A DNA stretch of 62,934 nt, filler included, from Octopus bimaculoides (lineage: Eukaryota): NCBI RefSeq assembly GCF_001194135.2. It is 7 parts of 7 records of this genome, joined end to end, with 100 filler letters (N's around TTAATTAATTAA, not from the genome) between each part and the next. Parts side by side here need not be neighbours in the genome. Positions count along the whole stretch, not along the records: positions 27,120 to 32,822 come from NC_068989.1; positions 32,923 to 43,855 come from NC_068988.1; 5 more parts are not named here. One strand, given 5' to 3'. Both the position numbers and the translations under genes were made by a program. Below, in pieces: positions 28,256-41,893 of this stretch. Numbering within the stretch: position 1 is the first letter of the stretch; every line of letters begins with the position of its first letter. The notes beneath the pieces are model-generated. The model was not told the origin of the DNA and searched no databases. It saw only the letters and a program-made list of their open reading frames with translations.

Positions 28256-29169
28256 CAGTAGTTTTATTTTTATAACGTGCTTTCACTTCACTACCGAGCG
28301 CAGCTCTGTGCGCCTTGGGTATGTGCTGTGGTTTGCTGTGGTGCTCTTATGGTTACTGTATTGAAAGTGTTTTGCGTAGGATGTGTGCTGTGCCCAGTAG
28401 TGCAATTTTCTGTATGTTATATATATTTGTAAGTCCTGGTGTTTTTGTTATATATTTGTCTGAACATTTTTTTNNNNNNNNNNNNNNNNNNNNNNNNNNN
28501 NNNNNNNNNNNNNNNNNNNNNNNNNNNNNNNNNNNNNNNNNNNNNNNNNNNNNNNNNNNNNNNNNNNNNNNNNNNNNNNNNNNNNNNNNNNNNNNNNNNN
28601 NNNNNNNNNNNNNNNNNNNNNNNNNNNNNNNNNNNNNNNNNNNNNNNNNNNNNNNNNNNNNNNNNNNNNNNNNNNNNNNNNNNNNNNNNNNNNNNNNNNN
28701 NNNNNNNNNNNNNNNNNNNNNNNNNNNNNNNNNNNNNNNNNNNNNNNNNNNNNNNNNNNNNNNNNNNNNNNNNNNNNNNNNNNNNNNNNNNNNNNNNNNN
28801 NNNNNNNNNNNNNNNNNNNNNNNNNNNNNNNNNNNNNNNNNNNNNNNNNNNNNNNNNNNNNNNNNNNNNNNNNNNNNNNNNNNNNNNNNNNNNNNNNNNN
28901 NCTGGGCAGCCAGAGATAATATGATTTATTGTTTCTTGTCCATCTCCACAAATTCTACAGTTACTTGTTATGTTTCTTTTCATTATATGTTTTTGGTAAT
29001 TTCTGGTGGGGAGGCTTTGGTCTTGTGCAGCAATTAAAAATCCTTCAGTCTCTGCTTTGAGTCCTGAGCTTCTCAACCATTGCTGGGATTTTTCTCTGTC
29101 TATTTCTTTTGCATTTAGTTTAGCCCAGTATTTACCATGTAGGGGCTTTTCTTGCCATCGTTTTATCAT
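28256..29169 (-). mobile_element. 5'-truncated R4/Dong-like non-LTR retrotransposon (CCHC zinc knuckle to RLE C-terminus and 3' UTR), copy A
   Basis: WQEKPLHGKY..WLRSSGLKAETEGFLIAAQDQSLPTRNY..CRICGDGQETINHIISGC (CX2CX8HX4C). After the gap: KIALLGTAHILRKTLSIQ*. (TAA)n on both sides (29181-29219 and about 28231-28253). Confidence 0.8.
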
Positions 29170-29171
29170 AG

Positions 29172-29219
<48 letters not shown>

Positions 29220-29354
29220 GGTCGACTTTGACTTTCATCCTTTCGCTGTCGATAAATTAAGTACCAGTGAAACACTGGGGTCGATGTAATCGACTACTGC
29301 CCTCCCCAAAAACTTCAGTCATTGAGTAAAATGCATTATTAGTATTATTATCAA

Positions 29355-29392
<38 letters not shown>

Positions 29393-29478
29393 ACATCATC
29401 ATCATCATCATCATCATCATCGTCGTCGTCGTCGTCATCATCATCATTACTGTTAATGTTGTTGTTGACGTTGTTATG

Positions 29479-29529
<51 letters not shown>

Positions 29530-30599
29530 CAAATGCATCTTCACTGCCTCTGCAAGTTGTTTATAAAACCTTATAAAAGCCTACAAACACATGGCAAGAT
29601 TATGTCTGTATTTAAAATAAGGAGAAAAAAGAAATAAAAACAAAAAAAGCGCAACAGCATCAGCAGCAACGGCATCGGCATTTACGTCTATATTAATATT
29701 AATGGAAATTTTCTTTAAAGCTTTCAATTTCCTGTATTTCAATAACACCAGCATTTGTTTTTCAGTTTATTTTAAGCTAACTTTAAACACCGATCATTTA
29801 TATTGTTCTCCACTCAATACAAGCCGCTTATTATTATTATATTATTTTTTAATATTTTCGTTGTTGGTTTTCTTTCATTTTCTGTTAATTCTCTATAAAC
29901 ATGTTTTTATCAACAGTGAAATTTACTTAAATCTTTCAAAACAATCATCTTAGGATATTGTTTGATTCATTAATAATAGATTTTTTTTTATGTATTCAAT
30001 AAAATTTTATGAAATATTCAATAAAGTTGAGAGAGAGTCGATACATTTCAGTCTCAGTGTATATTCAAGTAGAAAAACTATATTTACTTTTATCATTTGA
30101 GATTCTGCAGTAGATAAAAGGAAAAGATGGTTGGAGAGATTTGATAAGTATTATTGGCAGACATACAGCATATATGAATATAGACTTCAAATTTTGACAC
30201 AAAGCCAGTAATTTCGGGGGGAGGGGTAAGTTGACCGCAATGCTTAACTGGTACTTATTTTATCGACTCCGAAAGAATGAAAGCAAAGTCGACGTCGGCA
30301 GAATTTGAACACAGAGTGTAAAGACGGACGAAATACCGCTAAGCAGTTTGCCTGCCGTGCTAACGGTTCTGCCAACTCGCCGCCCTAACACATCCGGATA
30401 CGAAAACCAAGTCTTCAGCAGTGCATTGACACCTTACTACTGCAAACATTCCGAATGATATTTTTTTATAGATACCAGACACTTTCCTTTCACATTAGCT
30501 TCTCACCTCTCCACATTCTCCATTCTCTCTCATTTCTGCAAGACGATGGTTTGGTACTACAGCTTGTGTTCTCTGGTTGGCTTTCTGCTGTTGTAGGAA

Positions 30600-31600
30600 A
30601 CCCACTCGACTTCTCGTTCGTCGTTGAGCTCTGCTGATGATAGGTGCACTTAAGACAAAGCGGTTTTATTTCTTCCCGCTTTTGCTATTGTTAGGGTGGT
30701 GCCTGAAAATAGCACTTTCCGCAACCAACAATCTCCATTTCTGAGGTCTACAACTTTTTACTGTACAATCCTCCTCATCCTCCTTCTTCTTCTCCTTTTT
30801 GGATACACAGCACAGCTCTTAAGTGGTCTTTACTATAACATGTATAACAACTAGTCTTTCTACCATCATTCTGATTAACAATCTCTTCACGCCATGAATA
30901 AGGTGCTGTACTGGGATGACCTTGTGGCCTTCGGATTTCGTTGGAATCTGGATTTCCATTCCACTTGTCCACACATTTCTTCTGATCACCTCTGTGCACA
31001 CTGCATCTCCATTATGTTATGCAAAGATTACGATAATCAAAGAATCAGCGCCCGTAAGAATAGTTCTGATCTTGATTCTGACGTTTATATGATACATGTA
31101 TTGAACCAGTAGGAGCGGACATGTATGACTAATCTGCTCTACTTGTCCCTTCAGATCATCCTCGATTTTAAAAAGTAGATACACAGTCTATGTGCGTACA
31201 ATACAAAATATGTCATACAAAAACTGTTACCAAGTATGTGTGAAGATATTTGTATGTGGGTGCAAGCGAGTCTGTGTGTGCCAGTGTGTGCATATGTGTT
31301 TTTCAAAAGGGATATCAACATTGTAATGCAGTACACGAAAACAAATCGTAAATTTATTTACTGAAAAGAAATAAGGACGACCCGCCCAGAAAGTGATAAG
31401 CTACTACTTAAGTGGGGCCAGGCCATGTCTCTAATTATTTTTCATTCCAATCGCCTTCTTCAAACTGGGTGTTCCAACTTTACTAGTAATCATTTTTGGC
31501 CTTGGCTGAGGTGTGATATGTTCTACATTATAAGTGCAGACATGCCTTTAGTTGTAGATAGACCCCTGAACGGTCTTTAAATACTATCTTTTGAGAGTTT
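30600..31600 (-). pseudogene. Possible decayed Ty3/Gypsy integrase relic
   Basis: Minus-strand fragments PQPRPKMIT, AWP..ITFWAGRPYFFSVNKFT, LKNTYAHTG, NGDAV and IPTKSEGHKVIPVQHLIHGVKRLL occur in the order expected for an integrase core, but each match is weak. Confidence 0.3.
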
Positions 31601-34600
31601 TGGTTTTATCCCCATTTTGCTAGTAAGTGATTTATCCTTTTATATACCCACCAACAAATCAAGTATCTATAGTTGCCCCTGTTTCCATGGATTAACTGAA
31701 GCCGATTGCGCTTACGATGAACTGTTCTCCCACCCCCGCCACCGCATTAGCTGTTATTGGAGCTATGAATTGCGGTGGTCTGCAAACAGAAGTAGCAGCA
31801 GACGAAGTTGTTCTTGTATGGTATCGTTAGTCTGTCACTCACCTTATACTTTCGATTTTCTTCTTCTGAGTAGAAGTCATTCCAGCGGTTTTTACTACGA
31901 CACGTGTGGCAGTTGGGTTTCAGCTCAGCACCAGCCAACTAATTGTCCTCTTATTTCACTCCCTCAATGAGATACGAGACAGAAGTACCCTTGGAATAAT
32001 CGTGTCATCTTCAGGACCTAAAGATCTCGGCAAAATTCTACTTGTGGCATCTTACCTTCACGCTCACTTCATGACAGGACTATTGTGCAAAGTTGACAGG
32101 CCATCTGTCAATGTCCCTACCAATGTGTACATATATACTGGTGTGTGTGTGTGTGTGTGTGTGTGTATGACCATAATACTCCTATTCTGAAACCGACAAG
32201 CACACTATGGCATCAGTCAGTAGGAAGAGATGAAAGGCACCAGCTCTGTCTGTCAACTCTCCTGTTTCTCGATCTTAAAGACCTGGCGCACGCTTCTTCG
32301 TGTCCCCCTAAATGCTGACGACGGCTTCGTTCACCACTTTTTCAGCCCGTATAAAATTCCACCCCTTTATTTCAAAAATAGAGGTATGTCATCTTCTGTC
32401 ACGTTCTTTCCTGGAAGATTCTTCTGATCCCGAAGCAGCGTCTTCGTCTAATTCTTCTGTTTCTTTGAATCCGCTCTCGACGCGTCTCTCTTTTTGATGG
32501 AATGCTGTTGTCTCTATTCTTAGAGCTGTATTAAAAAAACAACAACTTTCAAAGCATATGCACAGCTTAGTTATATATATATCATCATCATCATCATCAT
32601 CATCATCGTTTAACGTCCGCTTTCCATGCTAGCATGGGTTGGACGATTTGACTGAGGACTGGTGAAACCGGATGGCAACACCAGGCTCCAGTCCGATTTG
32701 GCAGAGTTTCTACAGCTGGATGCCCTTCCTAACGCCAACCACTCAGAGAGTGTAGTGGGTGCTTTTACGTGTCACCCGCACGAAAACGGCCACGCTCGAA
32801 ATGGTGTCTTTTATGTGCCACCNNNNNNNNNNNNNNNNNNNNNNNNNNNNNNNNNNNNNNNNNNNNTTAATTAATTAANNNNNNNNNNNNNNNNNNNNNN
32901 NNNNNNNNNNNNNNNNNNNNNNTATATATATGTATGTATGTATAGGTATAATAATATTTATATATAATGAATATATGTGCGTGTGTATATATATGTGTAT
33001 GTGTGTGTGTGTGTATAATTTCATAATCTGCACTATTTCACTGCTATTTATAAAGAAGAGAAAAAAGAACAGGAATTAAAAATAAATAATAAATAAATCA
33101 TTTTACTTCGCTTCTCACATCTAATTGATTTTCGTTGACCCAAACCTCTTCCAGGGTGAGTTAGTGTGATGTTCATGAATTCAATGAGATTTGAGCTGAA
33201 ATCTTAATATTCAACTCCCGCCGCCACCGCATCCTCACTTCTTCAAAATTCGTTACCATTTTTCATCGCTCTTTCTATCTTCCTCTCCCATCCTCTATCC
33301 ATTTTTTCTACCATATAATCTATTTCCCTTTTCTGTCCTCTATTTTTGTGACTATAATTCATATGTGTGTGTATGAGTGTGTGTGTATGCATGTATGTAT
33401 GTATGTATGTATGTATGTATGTGTACGTATATGAATATATGTTTGTATGCCTATGTATATATGTATGCGCGTATATTTAAGTGAAGTGGCGTTTAAATTG
33501 TAAGATATATAACCATTATTCAGAACTCTTTGCGCCTCCTTATGCATCGAAAGGGAATACTGAGAAGAGAACTCTTTTATGTTCCATTCACTGGTCTCTC
33601 TCAGAAGAAAGGTCATAGAGTACATATGGTGAACAAAGAAAATTTGAGATTTTGTTCATAAATTAACTGCGTCGAAACTAAAGTACCACTCTGAAGACGG
33701 AAACCGGAACTTAGTCCTCGGTAAAGATTTTGGAGTGTAAGTTATTCGAACGATACTAAGTGTTTTCTATATTGACCACCTCTGGATCTCATCTGTTGAC
33801 TATATACATACACGCATACATACACACACAAACACACACACACACACACACACATATGTATGTATGTATGTATGTATCTATCTATCTATCTATCTATACG
33901 ACAGGCTCCTTTCAATTTCTGCAACAAGATCCACTCGCAAGGCTTGGGTCGCCCCGAGGCTATGGCAGGTACCACATAGTAAGACTGAACCTGGAACCAT
34001 GCGGTTAGGAAGCAAATTTATCACACCTACACCTGTGTGTGTGTATGTGTGTCTGTGTACGTGTGTATGTGTTGTGCATGTGTATGCATATGTTTAAATA
34101 TCTTTTGTTTTCTAAATCCGGCTATTGTGTCCAATACTCTCTCCCTGACATTTCTCCTTTATCTCATTGTTTTCACACAGCCAAAAAAAAAACACCTTGA
34201 TTTCCTCTTCTACATCCTCTATAAACACAACGGTACCATACTTTCATGGGGCTACACCACAGCAGAACTGAAATGACAATTTCCTCTGCCACTAAACATT
34301 ACCCCCGCCACTACCATCATCCCCCACCACAAAGCAAATTTTCGACACCACCACTATAATCATCTGCACCACCATTTATTAGACACTACCACAAAACCCT
34401 AACCCTTTCCACAACCATCGCCATCACCACCGCCGCCGTAGCCTCCACCGCCTCCACCGCCTCCACCACAGACCACAGCTATGGTAACGATAATGCATTG
34501 TGAGTCTCACATGTCATATATTATCCATTGTCTTTCGACTTGCCTTCCGTCAGAGAAACGTCTTAAATTCCCCATTCATACTAAATATTTCTATTATTTT

Positions 34601-34746
34601 AACCTTCTACTAACACTAAAACAATATATGTGTGTTTCTGTGTGCGAACTTGTGTTTGTGACAGGATGTGCGTGTGTGTTCGTGCTTATACCTACGTGTA
34701 TACATTAGTGTGCATATTCCACTATCTATCGGTGTGTATTTCTGTA

Positions 34747-34789
<43 letters not shown>

Positions 34790-34890
34790 AGGTGTTTATG
34801 TATTTCTGTTTGTATGCATACGTACATAAACATATCTATATTTATTTTTGTGTGTACATATATACGTTCATACACACACACATATATGCA

Positions 34891-34924
<34 letters not shown>

Positions 34925-37900
34925 CATACATACATTTAACTTAAAGAGAACGTGATATAAAAATAAAACGAAGCATAAACATATTAAAATACATTTATTC
35001 TGATTCACTTTACTGGACGTGCCACTATTTTTCTGGTTAATAACATACGAAAAAAATTAGACACATGTGAGCCCCAAGTAATAGGGAAGATATTAGAAAA
35101 ATAAATTGAAGACTTTCAGTAAACCTTGCACAAGAATATTTGTATTGTTATCACTATAAATGCTAGGTCCTTGAATTCGAAGAAGCGTTAAAATGCCAGA
35201 CAATATTACTGGTGATATTTAATTGCTTTCTAATATGGCAACCTGCTAGAATCGTTAGTAAGCTGGGCAAATGCTTAGCGGTACTTCGACCGTCTTTATG
35301 TTCTGAGTTCAAATTCCACCGAAGTTGACTTTGCCTTTCGTCGTTTTGGGGTCGATAAAATAAGTACTACTTAAGCACTGGGATCAATATCATCGACTTG
35401 CAACTCAACCGCGCTTGCTGGCCTTGTGCCAAAGATTGAAGCCGTTATTTAATTGCATTCTGACTTCAAAGTTCTGATAAGGTCGACTTCATCTTTCATT
35501 CTTGCATGAATTGTTTTTTTTATTATGCAATCGATTAACCCCAATGATGGTGGTGCTGGTGCTGGTGCTGGTGGTGCTGGTGGTGCTGGTTGCGGCGTGG
35601 TGATGGCGGTAGTTTTGGTGATAGTTGTANNNNNNNNNNNNNNNNNNNNNNNNNNNNNNNNNNNNNNNNNNNNNNNNNNNNNNNNNNNNNNNNNNNNNNN
35701 NNNNNNNNNNNNNNNNNNNNNNNNNNNNNNNNNNNNNNNNNNNNNNNNNNNNNNNNNNNNNNNNNNNNNNNNNNNNNNNNNNNNNNNNNNNNNNNNNNNN
35801 NNNNNNNNNNNNNNNNNNNNNNNNNNNNNNNNNNNNNNNNNNNNNNNNNNNNNNNNNNNNNNNNNNNNNNNNNNNNNNNNNNNNNNNNNNNNNNNNNNNN
35901 NNNNNNNNNNNNNNNNNNNNNNNNNNNNNNNNNNNNNNNNNNNNNNNNNNNNNNNNNNNNNNNNNNNNNNNNNNNNNNNNNNNNNNNNNNNNNNNNNNNN
36001 NNNNNNNNNNNNNNNNNNNNNNNNNNNNNNNNNNNNNNNNNNNNNNNNNNNNNNNNNNNNNNNNNNNNNNNNNNNNNNNNNNNNNNNNNNNNNNNNNNNN
36101 NNNNNNNNNNNNNNNNNNNNNNNNNNNNNNNNNNNNNNNNNNNNNNNNNNNNNNNNNNNNNNNNNNNNNNNNNNNNNNNNNNNNNNNNNNNNNNNNNNNN
36201 NNNNNNNNNNNNNNNNNNNNNNNNNNNNNNNNNNNNNNNNNNNNNNNNNNNNNNNNNNNNNNNNNNNNNNNNNNNNNNNNNNNNNNNNNNNNNNNNNNNN
36301 NNNNNNNNNNNNNNNNNNNNNNNNNNNNNNNNNNNNNNNNNNNNNNNNNNNNNNNNNNNNNNNNNNNNNNNNNNNNNNNNNNNNNNNNNNNNNNNNNNNN
36401 NNNNNNNNNNNNNNNNNNNNNNNNNNNNNNNNNNNNNNNNNNNNNNNNNNNNNNNNNNNNNNNNNNNNNNNNNNNNNNNNNNNNNNNNNNNNNNNNNNNN
36501 NNAACAACACCAGTTCTCCAGCGGTAAGGTGAGACCAACAGAAACACGAACACACATATACACACAAAAGCGCGCGCGCGAAGGCCTTTCATGCAGTTTC
36601 CATCGACCAGTTTCACTTACAAAGTATTGGTCGTTCGATGGCTGTAGTAGAAGACAGTTGCCCAAGTACCGAACAGTGGAATTGAACCTGAAACCACGTA
36701 GTTACAAAGTGAGCTTCTTCACCACACAACCATACCTGAACCTGTTGATCTTTTTTTTTTTTTCTTTTGGTATTTTTTCTTCCTTTTTGTTTTCGAAAAC
36801 CTACGAGAGATATAAAAAAAGCTAACAGAAAAATAAACCATAAACACACACAAGACACAAACACGAATATACAACAAAGAATTAATAGCGAAATAAGTAA
36901 ACAATAAATGCAAAAGAAAAGAAATTAAATAAATACTATTGCCCCTGAGGGGTCAGCGAAAAACCCTTTGTGTCTCTGTGTGCGTGATTCAATATTAAAT
37001 GATGGCTGCGTTTCAGGATTCAATGAAAGTATTTTATTAAGTGACGTTTGATGAACGCACAGGTGTCTTTAAACTTCCCATAACATAGAATCTAGGCGAA
37101 GAATCTCTCATGTCACTATTGTTAAGACTGATTCAGCAGTTAAAAGACTGCGTGATGTGCAGTTGATACCGCTTTGTATTTTATAGATTGTTTGTTTGCA
37201 AACTCATGACCAATTCTTCCTTCTGATACTCTACCTGTGCTTGTCCATAAGTACTTCTACATTTTTCTTTCCCACCCCCACCCCCTTTCTTTCTCTTTCT
37301 CACTCTATCTATCTATCTATCTATCTATCTACCAATCTTTCTCTCTCTTTCTATCTCTATTTCTGTATTTTTTCTATTTTTCATCTACGTGTTTATATAT
37401 TATATATGTGTGTATGATTGCATGTGTGTATATTTATGTATACGTCTTTATATATATATATATATACATANNNNNNNNNNNNNNNNNNNNNNNNNNNNNN
37501 NNNNNNNNNNNNNNNNNNNNNNNNNNNNNNNNNNNNNNNNNNNNNNNNNNNNNNNNNNNNNNNNNNNNNNNNNNNNNNNNNNNNNNNNNNNNNNNNNNNN
37601 NNNNNNNNNNNNNNNNNNNNNNNNNNNNNNNNNNNNNNNNNNNNNNNNNNNNNNNNNNNNNNNNNNNNNNNNNNNNNNNNNNNNNNNNNNNNNNNNNNNN
37701 NNNNNNNNNNNNNNNNNNNNNNNNNNNNNNNNNNNNNNNNNNNNNNNNNNNNNNNNNNNNNNNNNNNNNNNNNNNNNNNNNNNNNNNNNNNNNNNNNNNN
37801 NNNNNNNNNNNNNNNNNNNNNNNNNNNNNNNNNNNNNNNNNNNNNNNNNNNNNNNNNNNNNNNNNNNNNNNNNNNNNNNNNNNNNNNNNNNNNNNNNNNN

Positions 37901-38407
37901 NNNNNNNNNNNNNNNNNNNNNNNNNNNNNNNNNNNNNNNNNNNNNNNNNNNNNNNNNNNNNNNNNNNNNNNNNNNNNNNNNNNNNNNNNNNNNNNNNNNN
38001 NNNNNNNNNNNNNNNNNNNNNNNNNNNNNNNNNNNNNNNNNNNNNNNNNNNNNNNNNNNNNNNNNNNNNNNNNNNNNNNNNNNNNNNNNNNNNNNNNNNN
38101 NNNNNNNNNNNNNNNNNNNNNNNNNNNNNNNNNNNNNNNNNNNNNNNNNNNNNNNNNNNNNNNNNNNNNNNNNNNNNNNNNNNNNNNNNNNNNNNNNNNN
38201 NNNNNNNNNNNNNNNNNNNNNNNNNNNNNNNNNNNNNNNNNNNNNNNNNNNNNNNNNNNNNNNNNNNNNNNNNNNNNNNNNNNNNNNNNNNNNNNNNNNN
38301 NNNNNNNNNNNNNNNNNNNNNNNNNNNNNNNNNNNNNNNNNNNNNNNNNNNNNNNNNNNNNNNNNNNNNNNNNNNNNNNNNNNNNNNNNNNNNNNNNNNN
38401 NNNNNNN

Positions 38408-38454
<47 letters not shown>

Positions 38455-38814
38455 TTATGTTTGTGTATTTGTGAGTGCGTTTTTGTAATTACTTACGTAA
38501 ACTCATATAAATGCATGAATATATGTATAAAGCATAGAGATATATTGAGACAGACAGACAGACAGACAGAGGCAGGTAGACAAATCGACAGACAGACAGG
38601 GAGTGGGCAGAAACAGATATCATGGAAGATATATAAATATGCGTGTATATTAATAGTTATCGCCAAGCCAACATGGCAGTCCCAAAATTAGGACGAAAGC
38701 TGCCGTGAATTAGCTCCAAGAAGCCATCGCCTCTAGCTATGTGACACACGAAACCTGTGTCCTTTATAACCTTCGAACAGGGGAGGTCAGCAGTGTCCCC
38801 CTGCTGGTTTGGCA

Positions 38815-38856
38815 TCTGCAGACTAGTTTCAGGGTGTTGCCCCTTGTCAATGCAGA
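38815..38856 (-). ncRNA. Second, inverted copy of the U3-A8 hammerhead motif
   Basis: Exact reverse complement of 39517-39558. Confidence 0.7.
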
Positions 38857-39516
38857 GCAGCCAAGCCCTAGCCAGGCGGAACTAATTCACGGCAGCTTTC
38901 GTCCTAATTTTGGGACTGCCATGTTGGCTTGGCGATAACTATTAATTTCCAGTACCGCTGCCGTAGTCTCCTTTAGAGAGACTTAGAAATATTAATAACT
39001 CTATATGCNNNNNNNNNNNNNNNNNNNNNNNNNNNNNNNNNNNNNNNNNNNNNNNNNNNNNNNNNNNNNNNNNNNNNNNNNNNNNNNNNNNNNNNNNNNN
39101 NNNNNNNNNNNNNNNNNNNNNNNNNNNNNNNNNNNNNNNNNNNNNNNNNNNNNNNNNNNNNNNNNNNNNNNNNNNNNNNNNNNNNNNNNNNNNNNNNNNN
39201 NNNNNNNNNNNNNNNNNNNNNNNNNNNNNNNNNNNNNNNNNNNNNNNNNNNNNNNNNNNNNNNNNNNNNNNNNNNNNNNNNNNNNNNNNNNNNNNNNNNN
39301 NNNNNNNNNNNNNNNNNNNNNNNNNNNNNNNNNNNNNNNNNNNNNNNNNNNNNNNNNNNNNNNNNNNNNNNNNNNNNNNNNNNNNNGTCTCCTTTAGAGA
39401 GACTTAGAAATATTAATAACTCTATTTCTGAAAACCAGTGGATAGATTCCACTGAAATTAGATAAATAACCTTCGAGCAGATAGTCAGCAGCGCCGCCTG
39501 GCTAGGGCTTGGCTGC

Positions 39517-39558
39517 TCTGCATTGACAAGGGGCAACACCCTGAAACTAGTCTGCAGA
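39517..39558 (+). ncRNA. Minimal type I hammerhead ribozyme, U3-A8 variant, palindromic stem III (Penelope pLTR/retrozyme type)
   Basis: TCTGCA-TTGACAA-GGGG(CAACA)CCCT-GAAA-CTAG-TC-TGCAGA. Stem I is 6 bp, stem II is 4 bp with a G-U closing pair, the cleavage triplet is GUC, and C3/G8 is replaced by the compensatory U3/A8. Confidence 0.7.
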
Positions 39559-40556
39559 TGCCAAACCAGCAGGGGGACACTGCTGACCTCCCCTGTTCGA
39601 AGGTTATAAAGGACACAGGTTTCGTGTGTCACATAGCTAGCTAGAGGCGATGGCTTCTTGGAGCTAATTCACGGCAGCTTTCGTCCTAATTTTGGGACTG
39701 CCATGTTGGCTTGGCGATAACTATTAATTTCCAGTACCGCTGCCGTAGTCTCCTTTAGAGAGACTTAGAAATATTAATAACTCTATATGCGTGTATAATT
39801 CTACATAATTATTATAGGGCCTGAATTATTTATTTCCGTAGACTCACAGATGCATGTGTGAATCACACATCACACAAATGAAAGCATGAAGTGTTTGTGA
39901 CCAGCATGTGTTTGATAGAAATAAAATATTCCTTTAGGGTTTCACAAATTTAAATACGATCAAGCGAACCTTCCGTGGCATTTAAAATAACCAGTGATAT
40001 ACCGAGTCGATATATCATTCTCTCTGTGACTATCATGTTATTTCAACATGTTTCCTACAAGGAGAGAACACGAGAACACTCTAGTACGAGTATGTTTTGT
40101 AGTTATTTGCATTTGTTTCCATTGTTCTTTATGTTGATATTTTCTTATAGATTCACAGTTACATATGACTATCTTACGCCTTAGTATTGATAGTAAATAA
40201 CAGAATCTTCCTAAACAGAATTTAGTGTGAAGTTTTCTAAATGCAATCATTATTTTCATTCTGTTAAGTATAGCATATCTATAACTTATGACCAGGACAG
40301 ATAGTATAGCTTTGCTTCTTACCATACTGTTATGTATTTCGCTTTGATTGAAGTATAAAACTAGCATCTTACAATATAATTAGTTTTCTAATATGGCTTC
40401 CTAGCATTTTCTTTCATTTGTCACTCACACACGCATACACATGTACGCACACACAGATATATCTAAGTGTGTATGTATATAAACGTCTGTTTATAGACAT
40501 GCAAATGTATATGTATATTTATGTATACATTTATATATGCGTATATAAATGCGTTC

Positions 40557-40613
<57 letters not shown>

Positions 40614-41044
40614 TACACAAACATACATTTTATGTTATTGCAGTACAAAACTTTTACGGTTGTTTTATACTAACTAGAATTCCTAAAGTAAGTAAATGAA
40701 ATAAGTAAATGAAATGTTTGCACAATAATAACAAAAAGGATAAACAAACATTTTCTTTTTTTCAAGTGAGAACAATTAATGCGTAGAAAAAAAATGCATG
40801 TGTGGTTGTGCTTCGCTAAGGCAAGCAAAACAATCAGGTTTGAAGCTCAAGCAATTTTCTGCCTTCATGTGTATTCTCTGTGTGCTTTTGATAAATATCT
40901 TTTCTCGTCTCATTGTTGTCAAGTATTCTCTATGCGTATTCCTCTCAAAAACTAGTTCTCAGGAAATTAATTCAAACCCCTACAGAGACAATACACCTTT
41001 ATGTTAACACATACATGATTATAAACGCGCATGCAAATACGCAT

Positions 41045-41149
<105 letters not shown>

Positions 41150-41293
41150 CGTTGCATTCATTGAATTGCTGAACAGAGACTCAGAGTCCTCAAAGTAAGT
41201 ATACCATACCTGCGTTATTTAATATATTCAGTCCCATATTTCCGACGATATTTAAGATCTAATTCTGTTGCTGCACGTGGTATGTGTGTGTAT

Positions 41294-41327
<34 letters not shown>

Positions 41328-41380
41328 TATGTTGTTAGGTAGTGAAAATTACCAGCTGAAGGAAACACTGGTATTATAAT

Positions 41381-41420
<40 letters not shown>

Positions 41421-41893
41421 CACACACGTATACATACACACACACACATATATATATATACACACACACATAATACACACACATATTTATCTATCTATCT
41501 ATCTCTATGTGTGTGTGTGTGTGTATGTATGTGTCTGTATACATACATATATGCATTTTTTTAATTTTATTTATGCGCCCTTTCAAAGCCTAGCCAGACT
41601 CATAGGCCCGGTTTCCCGGTTTCTATGACGTATGTGTTCCTTCCAGATAGACTGGACGCCAGTCCATCGCAGCGTTATTCAAGGAAGAAAGAGTGAGAGG
41701 AAGTTGGGGCGAAAGAGTACGGAGCCACGTGGAGCTTAGGTGTTTTCGTTCAATAAATACTCACAACGCGCGGTCTGGGAATTGAAACCGCGATCCTCCG
41801 ACCGCGAGTCCGCTGCCCTAACCACTGAGCTATTGCGCCTCCATGTGTGTGTGTGTGTGTGTGTGTGAATGTATGAATGTATGTATATAATAC

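Larger units (their letters stand above)
38637..39797. mobile_element. Composite tandem/inverted non-autonomous element (Penelope pLTR-like or retrozyme-like), unit about 365 bp
   Basis: 38650-38878 is the reverse complement of about 39495-39725 (apart from a 4-bp indel). 38650-38714 and 38883-38947 are a 65-bp inverted repeat. TCTCCTTTAGAGAGACTTAGAAATATTAATAACTCTAT occurs three times. A 13-bp direct repeat ATATGCGTGTATA lies at 38637-38649 and 39785-39797. An N gap lies inside (39009-39386). Confidence 0.6.

Noticed and set aside
38680-38706. GTCCCAAAATTAGGACGAAA resembling a Schistosoma hammerhead stem II
   Set aside because: The upstream CUGANGA is replaced by CATGGCA. It folds as a simple hairpin.
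41189-41200. Donor-like AAA|GTAAGT with a possible 18-nt micro-exon
   Set aside because: Weak acceptor context and no recognisable peptide.
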